Shown: positions 55,872 to 64,000 of the stretch, in pieces | Numbering within the stretch: position 1 is the first letter of the stretch | Layout of the letters: the number at the start of each line of letters is the position of its first letter | Source of the DNA: an uncultured Eubacteriales bacterium | GTDB taxonomy: Bacteria > Bacillota > Clostridia > Christensenellales > CAG-138 | Assembly (NCBI GenBank): GCA_902786465.1 | Contig: CADACQ010000009.1 | Location: 87,501-151,500, forward strand | DNA: 64,000 nt | Direction: 5' to 3' | The notes under the pieces: model-generated | What the model was told of the DNA's origin: nothing | The model's database searches: none | Seen by the model: only the letters and a program-made list of their open reading frames with translations | Translations under genes and position numbers: made by a program

Positions 55872-57455
55872 TCAATCGTGGATCAGGCGCTCGCCCAGGG
55901 CGTCCCGTAGGAACGGTGCGAACAGGTAGTTTTCCACGCCCTCCAGAATGCGATGGAACGCCGCGCCGTCGTAGTAATAGACTCCGTCTCCGTCCCAGTA
56001 TAGGAACGTACCGTCCTCCAGCATACGGAACCGCAGGAACGTCGTTTCGGGGATGGAATCGAAGATCACCGTCACCTTCTCGCCGTCGAAGCGGCAGAAC
56101 CTTCCCACGCTGTGGAAAAACAGCTGCTCGTTTTCTCCCTCCCCCGAACCATGAAAATTGTTCCATAGCTCGTCCACGACGCCCACCAGTTTTCCCTTGA
56201 AATACAGGTTGCAGGTGATGGCGTCCTCGGTCTTGACCACGATAAAGTCGTCCCGAAATGGCACCACCCTATAATTGTCGTCCGAGATCAGCTTCGGCTC
56301 CGAAACACCGCTTCTATCCACAGTCACCACATAGGTGGTCTCATGCATAAACGAGTCGGCGTCCTCCCTAAAATCCGTTTTCGTGCCGTATACGATCCGC
56401 CCGCCGTCATCTAGGATATAGGAAAGGAATACGCGTTGACCCGGTTCCTGGGCGCAGACAAGCAGCGGCGCGTCGTCTCCGAACTGGACGTAAAGGGAGC
56501 CATCGCGGAAAAACGCATACATGTCGGATTTGATGATATGCGCCCCTTCGACGTTTTCCAGCAGTTTGACCTTCTTGATCCCATCGAACTGCCAAAGCGT
56601 ATGGTCATGCTCGCTCCAACAGACCGTGCCATCCCTCTCGATGGAATACCCATATGCCTCATAATCGTCCGAAAGGGTCATCGGCTCCGTGTCCTTGCGG
56701 TACAACTTCAAAGCTTTTCCTTCACCTGCAAGCACCGTTTGGAAATCTTCGCTGACATCCTCGATATAATCTTTGATTCCGATAGGCTCACCGCCATCCA
56801 TGACAAGAAAATCTCCGAGCGGTTCATCCATATAGAAGATAAAGGAGTTCCCGTCCAGGGACAGACTGAACTGGTCAACTCTGCCCACGCTCTCCTCAAT
56901 GCGCTTTGCTTCGCCGTTTTTGTACAGATACAGGGTCTCCAAAGGTTCGCCGTCGATCTCGCCGTCCTCGTCTTTCAGGAACAGGAAATCGTTGTCGCCC
57001 TGGGAGGTCGCAAAGCGCTTGACGCCGTTCACCGCGTCCGGGTCCACCGTCACCGGGGGCTTGTGGGGGTCGTCCAGGTCGATGATGCGCAGCGTGCCGT
57101 CACTGGGTTCGATGAACGTGAGCGCCGTGCCCTCAGTGAGATAATTGTATGGGCCATGCGCATATATCCCGCCCTGGTGAAGCAGGATCGATTCGCCGTA
57201 GGCATAGAGATACGTCGCTCCGTGGGATACATAGATGAGCAGGTGGTCCTCCAGGTTCACCGGTTCGACCGTTTGGGGCAAAGTCACGATCGCTTCCGTG
57301 ACAGGGAAGCGTTCTACCTCCGGCGCGGCGCTTGCTTCAGCCGTTACCGGTTCACTCGGCCCGGCTGCCGTCTGGCTCGTCACGTCCTCCCGCCGTGCCA
57401 CCGGCGCGCAGGCGAACAGTGCAAAGCATAGACACAGGACAAACACTCGTTTCAT
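55872..57455 (-). CDS. Lipoprotein of unknown function (beta-rich, possibly propeller-like)
   Basis: Trimmed to the ATG at 57455 after AGGGAGGG. The signal/lipobox is MKRVFVLCLCFALFAC. I do not recognise any catalytic motif. By eye it is less GC-rich than its neighbours. Confidence 0.6.
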   Translation of the reverse strand: MKRVFVLCLCFALFACAPVARREDVTSQTAAGPSEPVTAEASAAPEVERFPVTEAIVTLPQTVEPVNLEDHLLIYVSHGATYLYAYGESILLHQGGIYAHGPYNYLTEGTALTFIEPSDGTLRIIDLDDPHKPPVTVDPDAVNGVKRFATSQGDNDFLFLKDEDGEIDGEPLETLYLYKNGEAKRIEESVGRVDQFSLSLDGNSFIFYMDEPLGDFLVMDGGEPIGIKDYIEDVSEDFQTVLAGEGKALKLYRKDTEPMTLSDDYEAYGYSIERDGTVCWSEHDHTLWQFDGIKKVKLLENVEGAHIIKSDMYAFFRDGSLYVQFGDDAPLLVCAQEPGQRVFLSYILDDGGRIVYGTKTDFREDADSFMHETTYVVTVDRSGVSEPKLISDDNYRVVPFRDDFIVVKTEDAITCNLYFKGKLVGVVDELWNNFHGSGEGENEQLFFHSVGRFCRFDGEKVTVIFDSIPETTFLRFRMLEDGTFLYWDGDGVYYYDGAAFHRILEGVENYLFAPFLRDALGERLIHD

Positions 57456-57601
57456 ATCGCCACCCTCCCTTATTCGCATCAAGCATATCATGGAGATTCG
57501 TCATACATGCGGAATAAGTGTGAACTCTGTCGTTTTTCGATCATCGTATTGTATCGGAGCGAAGAAACCAATGGAAGTCGAGACCATGCGGGAATAGTTT
57601 C

Positions 57602-57629
57602 TTGACTTCCTGCCAGAATAGGATAAAAT
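57602..57629 (+). promoter_or_regulatory. Sigma-A-like promoter of the AI-2E transporter gene
   Basis: TTGACT - 16 nt - TAAAAT. Confidence 0.4.
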
Positions 57630-57652
57630 GAAATAAATTCTACTGCATACGG

Positions 57653-58777
57653 ATGGACCATATGAACAAAAGACTTCGGGAAAAGCCCTGGTATAACAAC
57701 GCGGTGGCGCTGTGCATCGCCGTGATCCTTTACGTGCTGCTGACCCACTGGGGCGGCGTGCGGGAGAGCGTGGGCACCTTCTTCCGGTACTTCTCGCCGG
57801 TGATCCTGGGCGCCATCATCGCCTATATCGTGAACCCCCTGGCGGGGCTCTACGGACGGACCCTGTTTTGCTGGATCAAGAAGGAGAAGGTGAAGACCTT
57901 CCTCTCGAACTTTCTGGCCATCCTGACGGTGATCCTGTTCCTGGTGTTCCTGCTGCTAATGCTCATCCCTCAGCTCATCGAGAGCGTGGCCACCTTCGCC
58001 GGGAACCTGGACGGGTACGTGGCCTCCCTCCACGCCATGCTGGATTCTCTGGGCGTGTCCTCCTCGGCTTTGGGGCTGGACAAGTTCATCGATTCCTCCG
58101 AGGCCCTCATCGAGACCGTGACCGACTTCGTGAAGCAGAACCTGAGCAAGATATTGTCCGCCTCCGCCAGCGTGGGCAAGGGGGCGATCCAGTTCCTGGT
58201 GGGCTTCCTGCTGTCCATCTACCTGCTGGGCGACAAGTCCCGGCTGAAGAACGGGGGTCAGCGGCTGCTGACCGCCGCCCTGGGGGGAGCCAAGTACGAG
58301 AAGCTGGCGAAGGTCCTGCGGCGGTGCCACTCCATCCTGAACCGGTACATCGTCTTCAACCTGCTGGACAGCCTGATCGTTGGCGGGGCCAACGCCCTCT
58401 TCATGGCCATCGTGGGCATGCCCTACGTGGGCCTCGTGTCCTTCGTGGTGGCCGTGTTCAATCTGCTCCCCACCTTCGGCCCCGTGTTCGGCGCCCTCAT
58501 CGGCGGCTTCGTGCTGCTGATGGTGAACCCCTGGCACGCCCTGGCCTTCCTGATCTTCACGGCGATTTTGCAGACCATCGACGGCTACATCCTCAAGCCC
58601 AAGCTCTTCGGAGACTCCCTGGGCGTGTCCGGCCTGTGGATCCTGGTGGGCGTCATCGTAGGCGGCCGGGCTTTCGGCGTGGTGGGCATCCTGCTAGCCA
58701 TCCCCGCCGTGGCTATCCTGGACTTCCTCTACCGGGAGCACTTTTTGCCCTGGCTGGAGGCGCGGCCCAAGGACTGA
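57653..58777 (+). CDS. AI-2E family transporter (PerM/YtvI-like)
   Basis: 374 aa with about 8 TM segments and a C-terminal ...LKPKLFGDSLGVSGLWILVG... typical of the family. Confidence 0.85.
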   Translation: MDHMNKRLREKPWYNNAVALCIAVILYVLLTHWGGVRESVGTFFRYFSPVILGAIIAYIVNPLAGLYGRTLFCWIKKEKVKTFLSNFLAILTVILFLVFLLLMLIPQLIESVATFAGNLDGYVASLHAMLDSLGVSSSALGLDKFIDSSEALIETVTDFVKQNLSKILSASASVGKGAIQFLVGFLLSIYLLGDKSRLKNGGQRLLTAALGGAKYEKLAKVLRRCHSILNRYIVFNLLDSLIVGGANALFMAIVGMPYVGLVSFVVAVFNLLPTFGPVFGALIGGFVLLMVNPWHALAFLIFTAILQTIDGYILKPKLFGDSLGVSGLWILVGVIVGGRAFGVVGILLAIPAVAILDFLYREHFLPWLEARPKD

Positions 58778-58794
58778 TTCGATAATAATAAGTA

Positions 58795-58832
58795 AAGGGG
58801 CTGCCGCCAAAGCGACAGCCCCTTGTTTTTTT
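58795..58832. terminator. Terminator hairpin between convergent genes
   Basis: GGGGCTG-N12-CAGCCCC followed by TTGTTTTTTT. There is an A/T-rich run on the other side as well. Confidence 0.55.
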
Positions 58833-58836
58833 GCTC

Positions 58837-60417
58837 TTACTTGGTGCCGGTCAGGGCTACGCCGTTAACATACAGCGTGTAGCCGTTGGAAACAATGTTC
58901 GCCGCCTCGCCCGTGAACGAAGTGATATAGGTGTCGCCGGTCAAGACCCACGTGGAGGTGCTGTCCAGTGTGACGTCGACAGTGCCGACCTCGGTGGAAA
59001 CGACCTCTCCCTTGGCGTTGGTGATGCTGCCTGAGATCGTACCGATCAGGACCGAGCCGTCAGTCAGGTTCAGCGTCAGGGTGGAATCGCTCCCCACCAG
59101 GATCGTTCCGGCAAGGGCCTGCTTGCTGGCGTTCAGCGTGGCGACGTTGCTTGCGCCGCTCCAGCCGTCCGCGCAGACCGAGAGTAGGATGTTTTGCGCG
59201 TCCTCGTTGAGGATCGTGACATCGTTCAGGTTGATGACGGCGTTGGTGTTGGTCACGTGGAACACGTGGCCGCTTTTACTGGTCAGGCTCCCGCCGGTCA
59301 TGGTGAAGGCGGAGGTGCCGCTGTCCGCGTCCCCGGACATGGACTGGTAGATCATGATGGTGTCCAGGAAGCTGGCGTTGCTGTTCATCTTCGTATTGTT
59401 GGCCGTCATGTCGCAGTTCGTGAGCTCGATGCTGTTCTTGCCCTCGATGCACACGCCCTCGGAGAGGTTGGAGGTGAGGGTGGCGTTGCTTACGTGGATC
59501 TCCGCCGTGGAGTAAATGGTGGGAGAGCCCAGGCCGTTGGAGGTGTAGGTGCCCCCGTCCACGTAGACCGTGCCGCCGCCCCGGTCCGTGCGGATGGGCG
59601 CGGAGGACTGGCCGGAGGTGGTGACGGTGAGGTCGTAGGCGTAGGTGACGCCGCCGCCCGTGGTCATGATGCCGCCGGAGCCGCCGCCCGTGGTGGTGAT
59701 GACGGTGTCCCGGATGGTGAGGGTGGTGCCGTCCCCCGCGGCCCCGTTCCGGCCCCCGTTGCCGCCGTAGCAGAAGACGCCGTTGGCGCCCATGGCGTCA
59801 GAGGTGATCGTGCCGCCGGTGATGGTCACGTCAGCCCCGTCCTTGACGAGGACCGCCGCGTTCAGGCCGTAGAAGTTGCAGCTGTCGCCGCCGTCGGAGC
59901 TGCCGGACTTGGTGACGGTGGCATCGTCGATGGTCACCGCGTCCCCGGTGCTGATGAGCAGGGCGCTTTCGTCCGCGGTGTCGGAAGCATAGGTTTGTCC
60001 GCTCTGGCTGTCGGCAGAGGTGATCTTGACCGCGCCCTTGTAGTCGATATCCGCGCTGCTGCCGCCGGGGCCGCCGCCGGGTCCCCCTGCGGGGGGCTGT
60101 CCCATGCCGCCGGGGCCGCCGGGCATGCCTCCGGGTAGGGTGCCGTCGGGCCGTTCGGGCGGCTGGCCCATGCCCCCGGGCGGAGTGCCGTCGGGCGGGG
60201 TGCCTTCGGGCCGTCCCCCCATGTCGGCGGGCGGGTTGCCGTCGGGCGCTGCCGCCGCCGCTGCCGTCGTTTCTGTGGTCTGGTCCGTGGTCTGGGCCGC
60301 GTCCTCGGACGTGGCCGTCTCGGTCTTGTTCGTGGAGCTATTGCAGCCCAGGGCCAGCCCCGTCAGGAGGCACAGGACCAACCCCAGGCAAATCCATTTC
60401 GTATGCTTGCGCTTCAC
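58837..60417 (-). CDS. Lipoprotein with Pro/Gly-rich linker and parallel-beta-helix-like repeats
   Basis: 526 aa with the lipobox LALGC. It has a GGMGQPP-type repeats linker, followed by repeated motifs of the form (V/I)T(I/M)xGGT(I/Y)TS... Confidence 0.7.
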   Translation of the reverse strand: MKRKHTKWICLGLVLCLLTGLALGCNSSTNKTETATSEDAAQTTDQTTETTAAAAAAPDGNPPADMGGRPEGTPPDGTPPGGMGQPPERPDGTLPGGMPGGPGGMGQPPAGGPGGGPGGSSADIDYKGAVKITSADSQSGQTYASDTADESALLISTGDAVTIDDATVTKSGSSDGGDSCNFYGLNAAVLVKDGADVTITGGTITSDAMGANGVFCYGGNGGRNGAAGDGTTLTIRDTVITTTGGGSGGIMTTGGGVTYAYDLTVTTSGQSSAPIRTDRGGGTVYVDGGTYTSNGLGSPTIYSTAEIHVSNATLTSNLSEGVCIEGKNSIELTNCDMTANNTKMNSNASFLDTIMIYQSMSGDADSGTSAFTMTGGSLTSKSGHVFHVTNTNAVINLNDVTILNEDAQNILLSVCADGWSGASNVATLNASKQALAGTILVGSDSTLTLNLTDGSVLIGTISGSITNAKGEVVSTEVGTVDVTLDSTSTWVLTGDTYITSFTGEAANIVSNGYTLYVNGVALTGTK

Positions 60418-60602
60418 CGTTTTTTCTCCCTTCCTGTATCTTTGCCCCTATCCTACGCCCTGAATCTTAAAACAATCTAAAAGGGCACGGGCAGCCAAAA
60501 GTTTTACAAAGGCGGGTCTGGGACAGGCTTGCTTTTCGGCCCACAGACGAGTAAGATACTGTCAAGATCATACCATATTTTGAGAGGATCGCCGCCATCT
60601 CC

Positions 60603-61679
60603 ATGAAACGGTCCCATCGTTTGAACTGCATATGGCTGTTGGGCCTGCTGCTCCTGCTGGCCTGCGCCCAGCCTGCCGCCACGGTGGAGGCCCCGCCTTC
60701 GCCCACGGCGGAACCGGTCACCGCCGCCCCTGCCACCGCCACGCCCCTGCCTCCCATACAGGTGCTGCTGACGCCGGTGCCCACGCCAACGCCCTCCCCC
60801 ACCCCCACGCCCAGCCCTACGCCGGTGCCTACGCCTACCCCGGAGCCCACGCCCACCCCCGCCCCCTTCGCGGCCGTGGCCGCGCCTGCGGATCGAAAGC
60901 CCGCCCGGTATCTGACGGCGGCGGAAACTGCCGGCCTGTTCTACTGGGCGGAGAAGGATATGTACCTGGCCTACGGGCAGGTGGGGAACGATGAGGTGGG
61001 CTTCTATCCCGCCGACGAAACGGGGAACGTGGCCCCCGGCTCTATGCCTGTGGACGTGCCCTGCCTGGTGCCCCTCTACACCCCCGCCGATCCGCCTCAA
61101 AGGGAGGATGAAAAGCTCCTGGTCCTGTACCTGCCCACCCAGAGCGTGGTGGCCTTCCATGGGGAGAACGGGGAATGGATCGAGGATCGGATCATGATCT
61201 GCTCCTCGGGCCGGGGCGGCAACGCCACGCCCGTGGGCCGATACACCATCTACGAGACCTACGACTACAAGCTCCTGGGCTCCGAGGAAGAGGACACCCT
61301 GTGCTATGGGTTCTGGGCCTGCCGGTTCTACAAGGGGCACCTGTTCCACTCCGTGCCCATCAGCTACGACGCGGGCACGGACAAAGCCAAGGCCCACCGC
61401 ATGACCAACATGCTCTCCTACCAGAGGCTGGGCACCACGGCCTCCCACGGCTGCGTGCGGATGACGGTGGCGGACGCCAAGTATATCTACGATCTGGCCA
61501 CCTTCTATACGGTGAACGTGTGGGTCACCAAGGACAAGGGCCCCACGCCCCCCAAGCCCCCCAAGATCATCTGGACGCCCCCCTACACCTATCAGAAGAA
61601 ATACGGCTGGGACCCCACGGACCCTGACCCGGCCAACCCGTATTTGACACTTTCGACGCCCTCCCCCACGCCCCAATAG
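60603..61679 (+). CDS. L,D-transpeptidase (YkuD domain) lipoprotein
   Basis: 358 aa with the lipobox LLLAC, a long Pro/Thr linker, and the catalytic HSVP...ASHGCVRM. Confidence 0.85.
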   Translation: MKRSHRLNCIWLLGLLLLLACAQPAATVEAPPSPTAEPVTAAPATATPLPPIQVLLTPVPTPTPSPTPTPSPTPVPTPTPEPTPTPAPFAAVAAPADRKPARYLTAAETAGLFYWAEKDMYLAYGQVGNDEVGFYPADETGNVAPGSMPVDVPCLVPLYTPADPPQREDEKLLVLYLPTQSVVAFHGENGEWIEDRIMICSSGRGGNATPVGRYTIYETYDYKLLGSEEEDTLCYGFWACRFYKGHLFHSVPISYDAGTDKAKAHRMTNMLSYQRLGTTASHGCVRMTVADAKYIYDLATFYTVNVWVTKDKGPTPPKPPKIIWTPPYTYQKKYGWDPTDPDPANPYLTLSTPSPTPQ

Positions 61680-61768
61680 ACTGCGCATCCTTCATCCACG
61701 CGCATTTTCCGAGCGCAGACGTTCGTTAGCCTTCACAGAGGGATGAAACTTTTGATATACTGTCGGAT

Positions 61769-63436
61769 ATGAAAGAAGTCATAAGAAAAACCATTGCCTT
61801 GTTGCTGCTGACGCTGCTGGCGCTGCCCGGCTGCGGGTCGCCGTCTGCGCCCACCCAGGAAGCTGCCGCCACGGCCGCGCCTGTCGCCACCGTCGCCCCC
61901 GCCACCATCCCTGCGGCCACGGCTGTGCCAACCATCACGCCTGCGCTGACGCTGACTCCCTCCCCCGTGCCTACCCCGTCTCCGACGCCCACGCCGACGC
62001 CCACCCCCACCCCGACGCCCACGCCCATCCCGCTGGACCGGCTGGACGGGCGCAAGAGCGTGGAGGCGCGGCTGTTCCCGCTGCTGAGCTGTTCTCCGGA
62101 GCCCACCGCCACGGTGGAGCCTCTGGCCACGCCCAACCCGCTGCTGGAGGGCGTAGGCCACCTGGGCGCCATGGTCTTCGCCCATGTGCCCGTCCTGACC
62201 TACCCCTACGACACCGCCCCTGTGAAGGGCCGTGAGTCCTATCATCTGTTCTATATCCACAACCTGTACAACCGGCAATACTACTACGCCACCACCCAGG
62301 ACGGGCTCACGGGCTATATCAAGGCCAGCCAGTGCGTGGCTCTCAACCAGGCGGATATAGAGCGGTACTTCGACGCGGTCAATACGCTGCAGAAGACCGT
62401 GGATTTCTATTCCCCCGACGCGTTCATTCGGGAGCTGCAGACCGGCGCCGACCAGGGGACCATGGCGGACAGGATCTACGCCGCTCTGGGTCGGCTGGGC
62501 CTGGATTTCGATCCCTATTACTATCAGCTGTACAAGAAGGCCCTGGACGACGACGAGCGCTATCCTCTGTTCTATAAGGACGACGTATACAATTCCCTGC
62601 TGTTTCGGCTGTTCAACACGGCGGGGAATCTGGTGTACTACGACGGACAGCCCACCCAGTGGGAGTACGTGCCCGCCAACGGACAGCTGGAGAAGGGCGA
62701 CATCCTGTTCTTCACGGAACCGTTGGAGCAGGGCAGCAGCGGCGTGCTGGACGGGTTCGAGTTCGTCGTGAAGGGACCCTACTCCGGGGCGCTGACGGGC
62801 TGCGGCGTGTATATGGGCGATGATCGGGCCCTGCTCCTCCGGGGCGGGCAGGTGAAGGCCGTGGAATGGACGGCGGCCCTGCAGCGAACGCTGGATTCGG
62901 CCCGGCGCATCCATTTGGAGGTCTACGACGAGAAGCAGATGATCGTGGAGGACATGATCGCCCAGATTTACGACTGCCTGGGCACGCCCTACAACAACTT
63001 CCGGCGCAAGGGGGAATACTCCTTCGACTGCTCCGGTCTCATCTCCTGGCTCCTTATCCGCATGGAGATCACCCCCGCCTTCTATGGGCACCAGCCTTTC
63101 ACCGGCTACAACGCCTCCGGTCTCTCTCAGATCGATTTTTACTACTGGCACTACAAGAAGCACATCCACCTCATGCGGCCCGCCGCGCGGGACGACGAGA
63201 AGGGCCTGCCCTCCATGGACGTGCTGCAGCGAGGGGACCTGGTGTTCCTGCGCAAGGAAGTGGACAACGGCCGGGTGGGCCACGTGATGGTCTATTTGGG
63301 CGACGGCCGGGTCATCCACTCCACCATCATTGACGAGGATCACGGCGGCACGGTGGTGGCCTTCTTCCGGCCGGAGCTGCAGCTGCTGTATCAGACGGCG
63401 CTGCGGATCGACACCATCACCCTCCCCGGTAGATGA
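61769..63436 (+). CDS. NlpC/P60-family peptidoglycan hydrolase lipoprotein
   Basis: 555 aa with the lipobox ALPGC, a Pro/Thr linker, and a C-terminal NlpC/P60 domain (FDCSGLISW...GHVMVYLGDGRVIHS). Confidence 0.85.
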   Translation: MKEVIRKTIALLLLTLLALPGCGSPSAPTQEAAATAAPVATVAPATIPAATAVPTITPALTLTPSPVPTPSPTPTPTPTPTPTPTPIPLDRLDGRKSVEARLFPLLSCSPEPTATVEPLATPNPLLEGVGHLGAMVFAHVPVLTYPYDTAPVKGRESYHLFYIHNLYNRQYYYATTQDGLTGYIKASQCVALNQADIERYFDAVNTLQKTVDFYSPDAFIRELQTGADQGTMADRIYAALGRLGLDFDPYYYQLYKKALDDDERYPLFYKDDVYNSLLFRLFNTAGNLVYYDGQPTQWEYVPANGQLEKGDILFFTEPLEQGSSGVLDGFEFVVKGPYSGALTGCGVYMGDDRALLLRGGQVKAVEWTAALQRTLDSARRIHLEVYDEKQMIVEDMIAQIYDCLGTPYNNFRRKGEYSFDCSGLISWLLIRMEITPAFYGHQPFTGYNASGLSQIDFYYWHYKKHIHLMRPAARDDEKGLPSMDVLQRGDLVFLRKEVDNGRVGHVMVYLGDGRVIHSTIIDEDHGGTVVAFFRPELQLLYQTALRIDTITLPGR

Positions 63437-63451
63437 AGCATAGCCAAAACC

Positions 63452-63490
63452 AGAAGCGCCTTCCGCAAAGCAGCGGAAGGCGCTTTTTTC
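63452..63490. terminator. Bidirectional terminator between the two convergent NlpC/P60 genes
   Basis: AGAAGCGCCTTCCGC-aaagca-GCGGAAGGCGCTTTTTTCT. Confidence 0.7.
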
Positions 63491-63501
63491 TGCTCTCTCT
63501 T

Positions 63502-64000
63502 TCAGGACACGCTCTCGATGCGGAGCGAAACGTAGTACTGCTTCTGCAGGGCGCGGCGGAAGTTGGCTACCACGGTGCCGGAGTACTTGTTGTTGATGTA
63601 GGTGGAATGGATCACGCGGCTGTCGCCCAGGTACACCATCACGTGGCCGATCTTGCCGCCGCCGGAATTCAGGAGGAAGATGATGTCGCCCCGCTCGAAG
63701 CCGTCCAGGGACTTCTGCCCCTCCTCCACGGTCACAGGGATCACCATATGGACCTTCTTCTTGCCGTGCCAGATATAATCCATGATGCTGGCCCGCCCCG
63801 AAGCCGTGGTCTCGGTGAACTTATAATACACGTACCCCTTGGGATAGAGCTCCATCCGCTCGAAGCACCAGGAGATGATGCCGGAACAGTCGAAGGAGAA
63901 GTCCCCCGTGCGGTTGAAATTGCTGTACGGGGTGCCCAGGCAGTCGTAGATCTGGGCGATCAGATCCTCCACGATCAGCGCCTTGTCGTCGAAAACGTCG
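63502..64000 (-). CDS. NlpC/P60-family hydrolase, C-terminal part (partial, continues beyond right edge)
   Basis: The frame stays open to the window edge (...DVFDDKALIVEDLIAQIYDCLGTPYSNF...FDCSGIISW...GHVMVYLGDSRVIHS). It is paralogous to the C-terminus of the 61769..63436 gene. Confidence 0.8.
   Translation of the reverse strand, partial: DVFDDKALIVEDLIAQIYDCLGTPYSNFNRTGDFSFDCSGIISWCFERMELYPKGYVYYKFTETTASGRASIMDYIWHGKKKVHMVIPVTVEEGQKSLDGFERGDIIFLLNSGGGKIGHVMVYLGDSRVIHSTYINNKYSGTVVANFRRALQKQYYVSLRIESVS

Noticed and set aside
60740-60860. Short-period DNA repeats (also at 61960..62040) that could be mistaken for a tandem-repeat locus or CRISPR-like array
   Set aside because: They are in frame inside genes and encode Pro/Thr linkers (PTPTPSPTPTP...). 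There is no repeat-spacer organisation and there are no cas genes.
60504-63343. Two long minus-strand ORFs (60504..61688 and 61733..63343)
   Set aside because: They are antisense to the L,D-transpeptidase and NlpC/P60 genes, which carry clear catalytic motifs. The antisense translations are Arg/Gly-rich nonsense.

Overview
This is visibly GC-rich, almost gap-free chromosomal DNA from a spore-forming Firmicute of the Clostridia type. That assignment is an inference from gene content: a gerA-type germinant receptor operon, yqfC/yqfD, ytfI/ytfJ and a YetF-DUF4363 pair. I saw no tRNA, rRNA, CRISPR array, transposase, integrase or phage gene. Because of the GC content, the six-frame track is dominated by long shadow ORFs antisense to real genes; I support about 60 real genes.

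Gene content from left to right:
- rimP-nusA-ylxR-ylxQ-infB operon on the minus strand. infB runs off the left edge and is missing from the ORF track.
- A SAM methyltransferase.
- A four-gene Na+-pump decarboxylase cluster: OadG-like subunit, biotin carrier, beta subunit, and an HMGL-type carboxyltransferase.
- DUF421-DUF4363 and a DUF218 protein.
- rluB, a D-Ala-D-Ala carboxypeptidase, ytfJ and ytfI.
- A translationally coupled trio of DUF5685, a J-domain protein and a membrane protein.
- A class A PBP and a GntR regulator.
- The gerAA-AB-AC germination operon, an acyl-ACP thioesterase, ppdK and an AEC transporter.
- The conserved block yqfC-yqfD-phoH-pgpH(yqfF)-ybeY-cdd-era-yqzL-recO.
- A CPBP protease and a BMP-type ABC transporter with no binding protein.
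- A solitary ECF S-component with a structured leader.
- A complete lysine-fermentation operon, kal-kce-kdd-kamA-kamD-kamE-DUF3842, preceded by a lysine (L-box) riboswitch.
- A MutS-like ATPase plus a P-loop protein, which are candidate aminomutase reactivase genes.
- A glycoside operon: DUF2156, GH13 alpha-glucosidase, GH36 alpha-galactosidase, galK and a nucleotidyltransferase.
- A HAD phosphatase and an AI-2E transporter.
- A run of lipoproteins and cell-wall enzymes: an unknown lipoprotein, a beta-helix-like lipoprotein, an L,D-transpeptidase and two NlpC/P60 paralogues.

Most noteworthy observations:
- The L-box in front of a lysine-catabolic operon looks wired as an ON switch, and it is followed by a second tandem terminator.
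- There is an unassigned terminator/antiterminator leader in front of the ECF S-component.
- There is a three-hairpin repeated-motif element between era and yqzL.
- The DUF5685/J-domain/membrane trio is uncharacterised.
- Three conserved genes carry apparent lesions: a frame break in oadB, a deletion of about 13 codons in the era G domain, and a deletion of about 17 codons in GH36.

I did not find a clear-cut novel defence or mobile system. All homology statements come from reading the translations against remembered family signatures, not from database searches.
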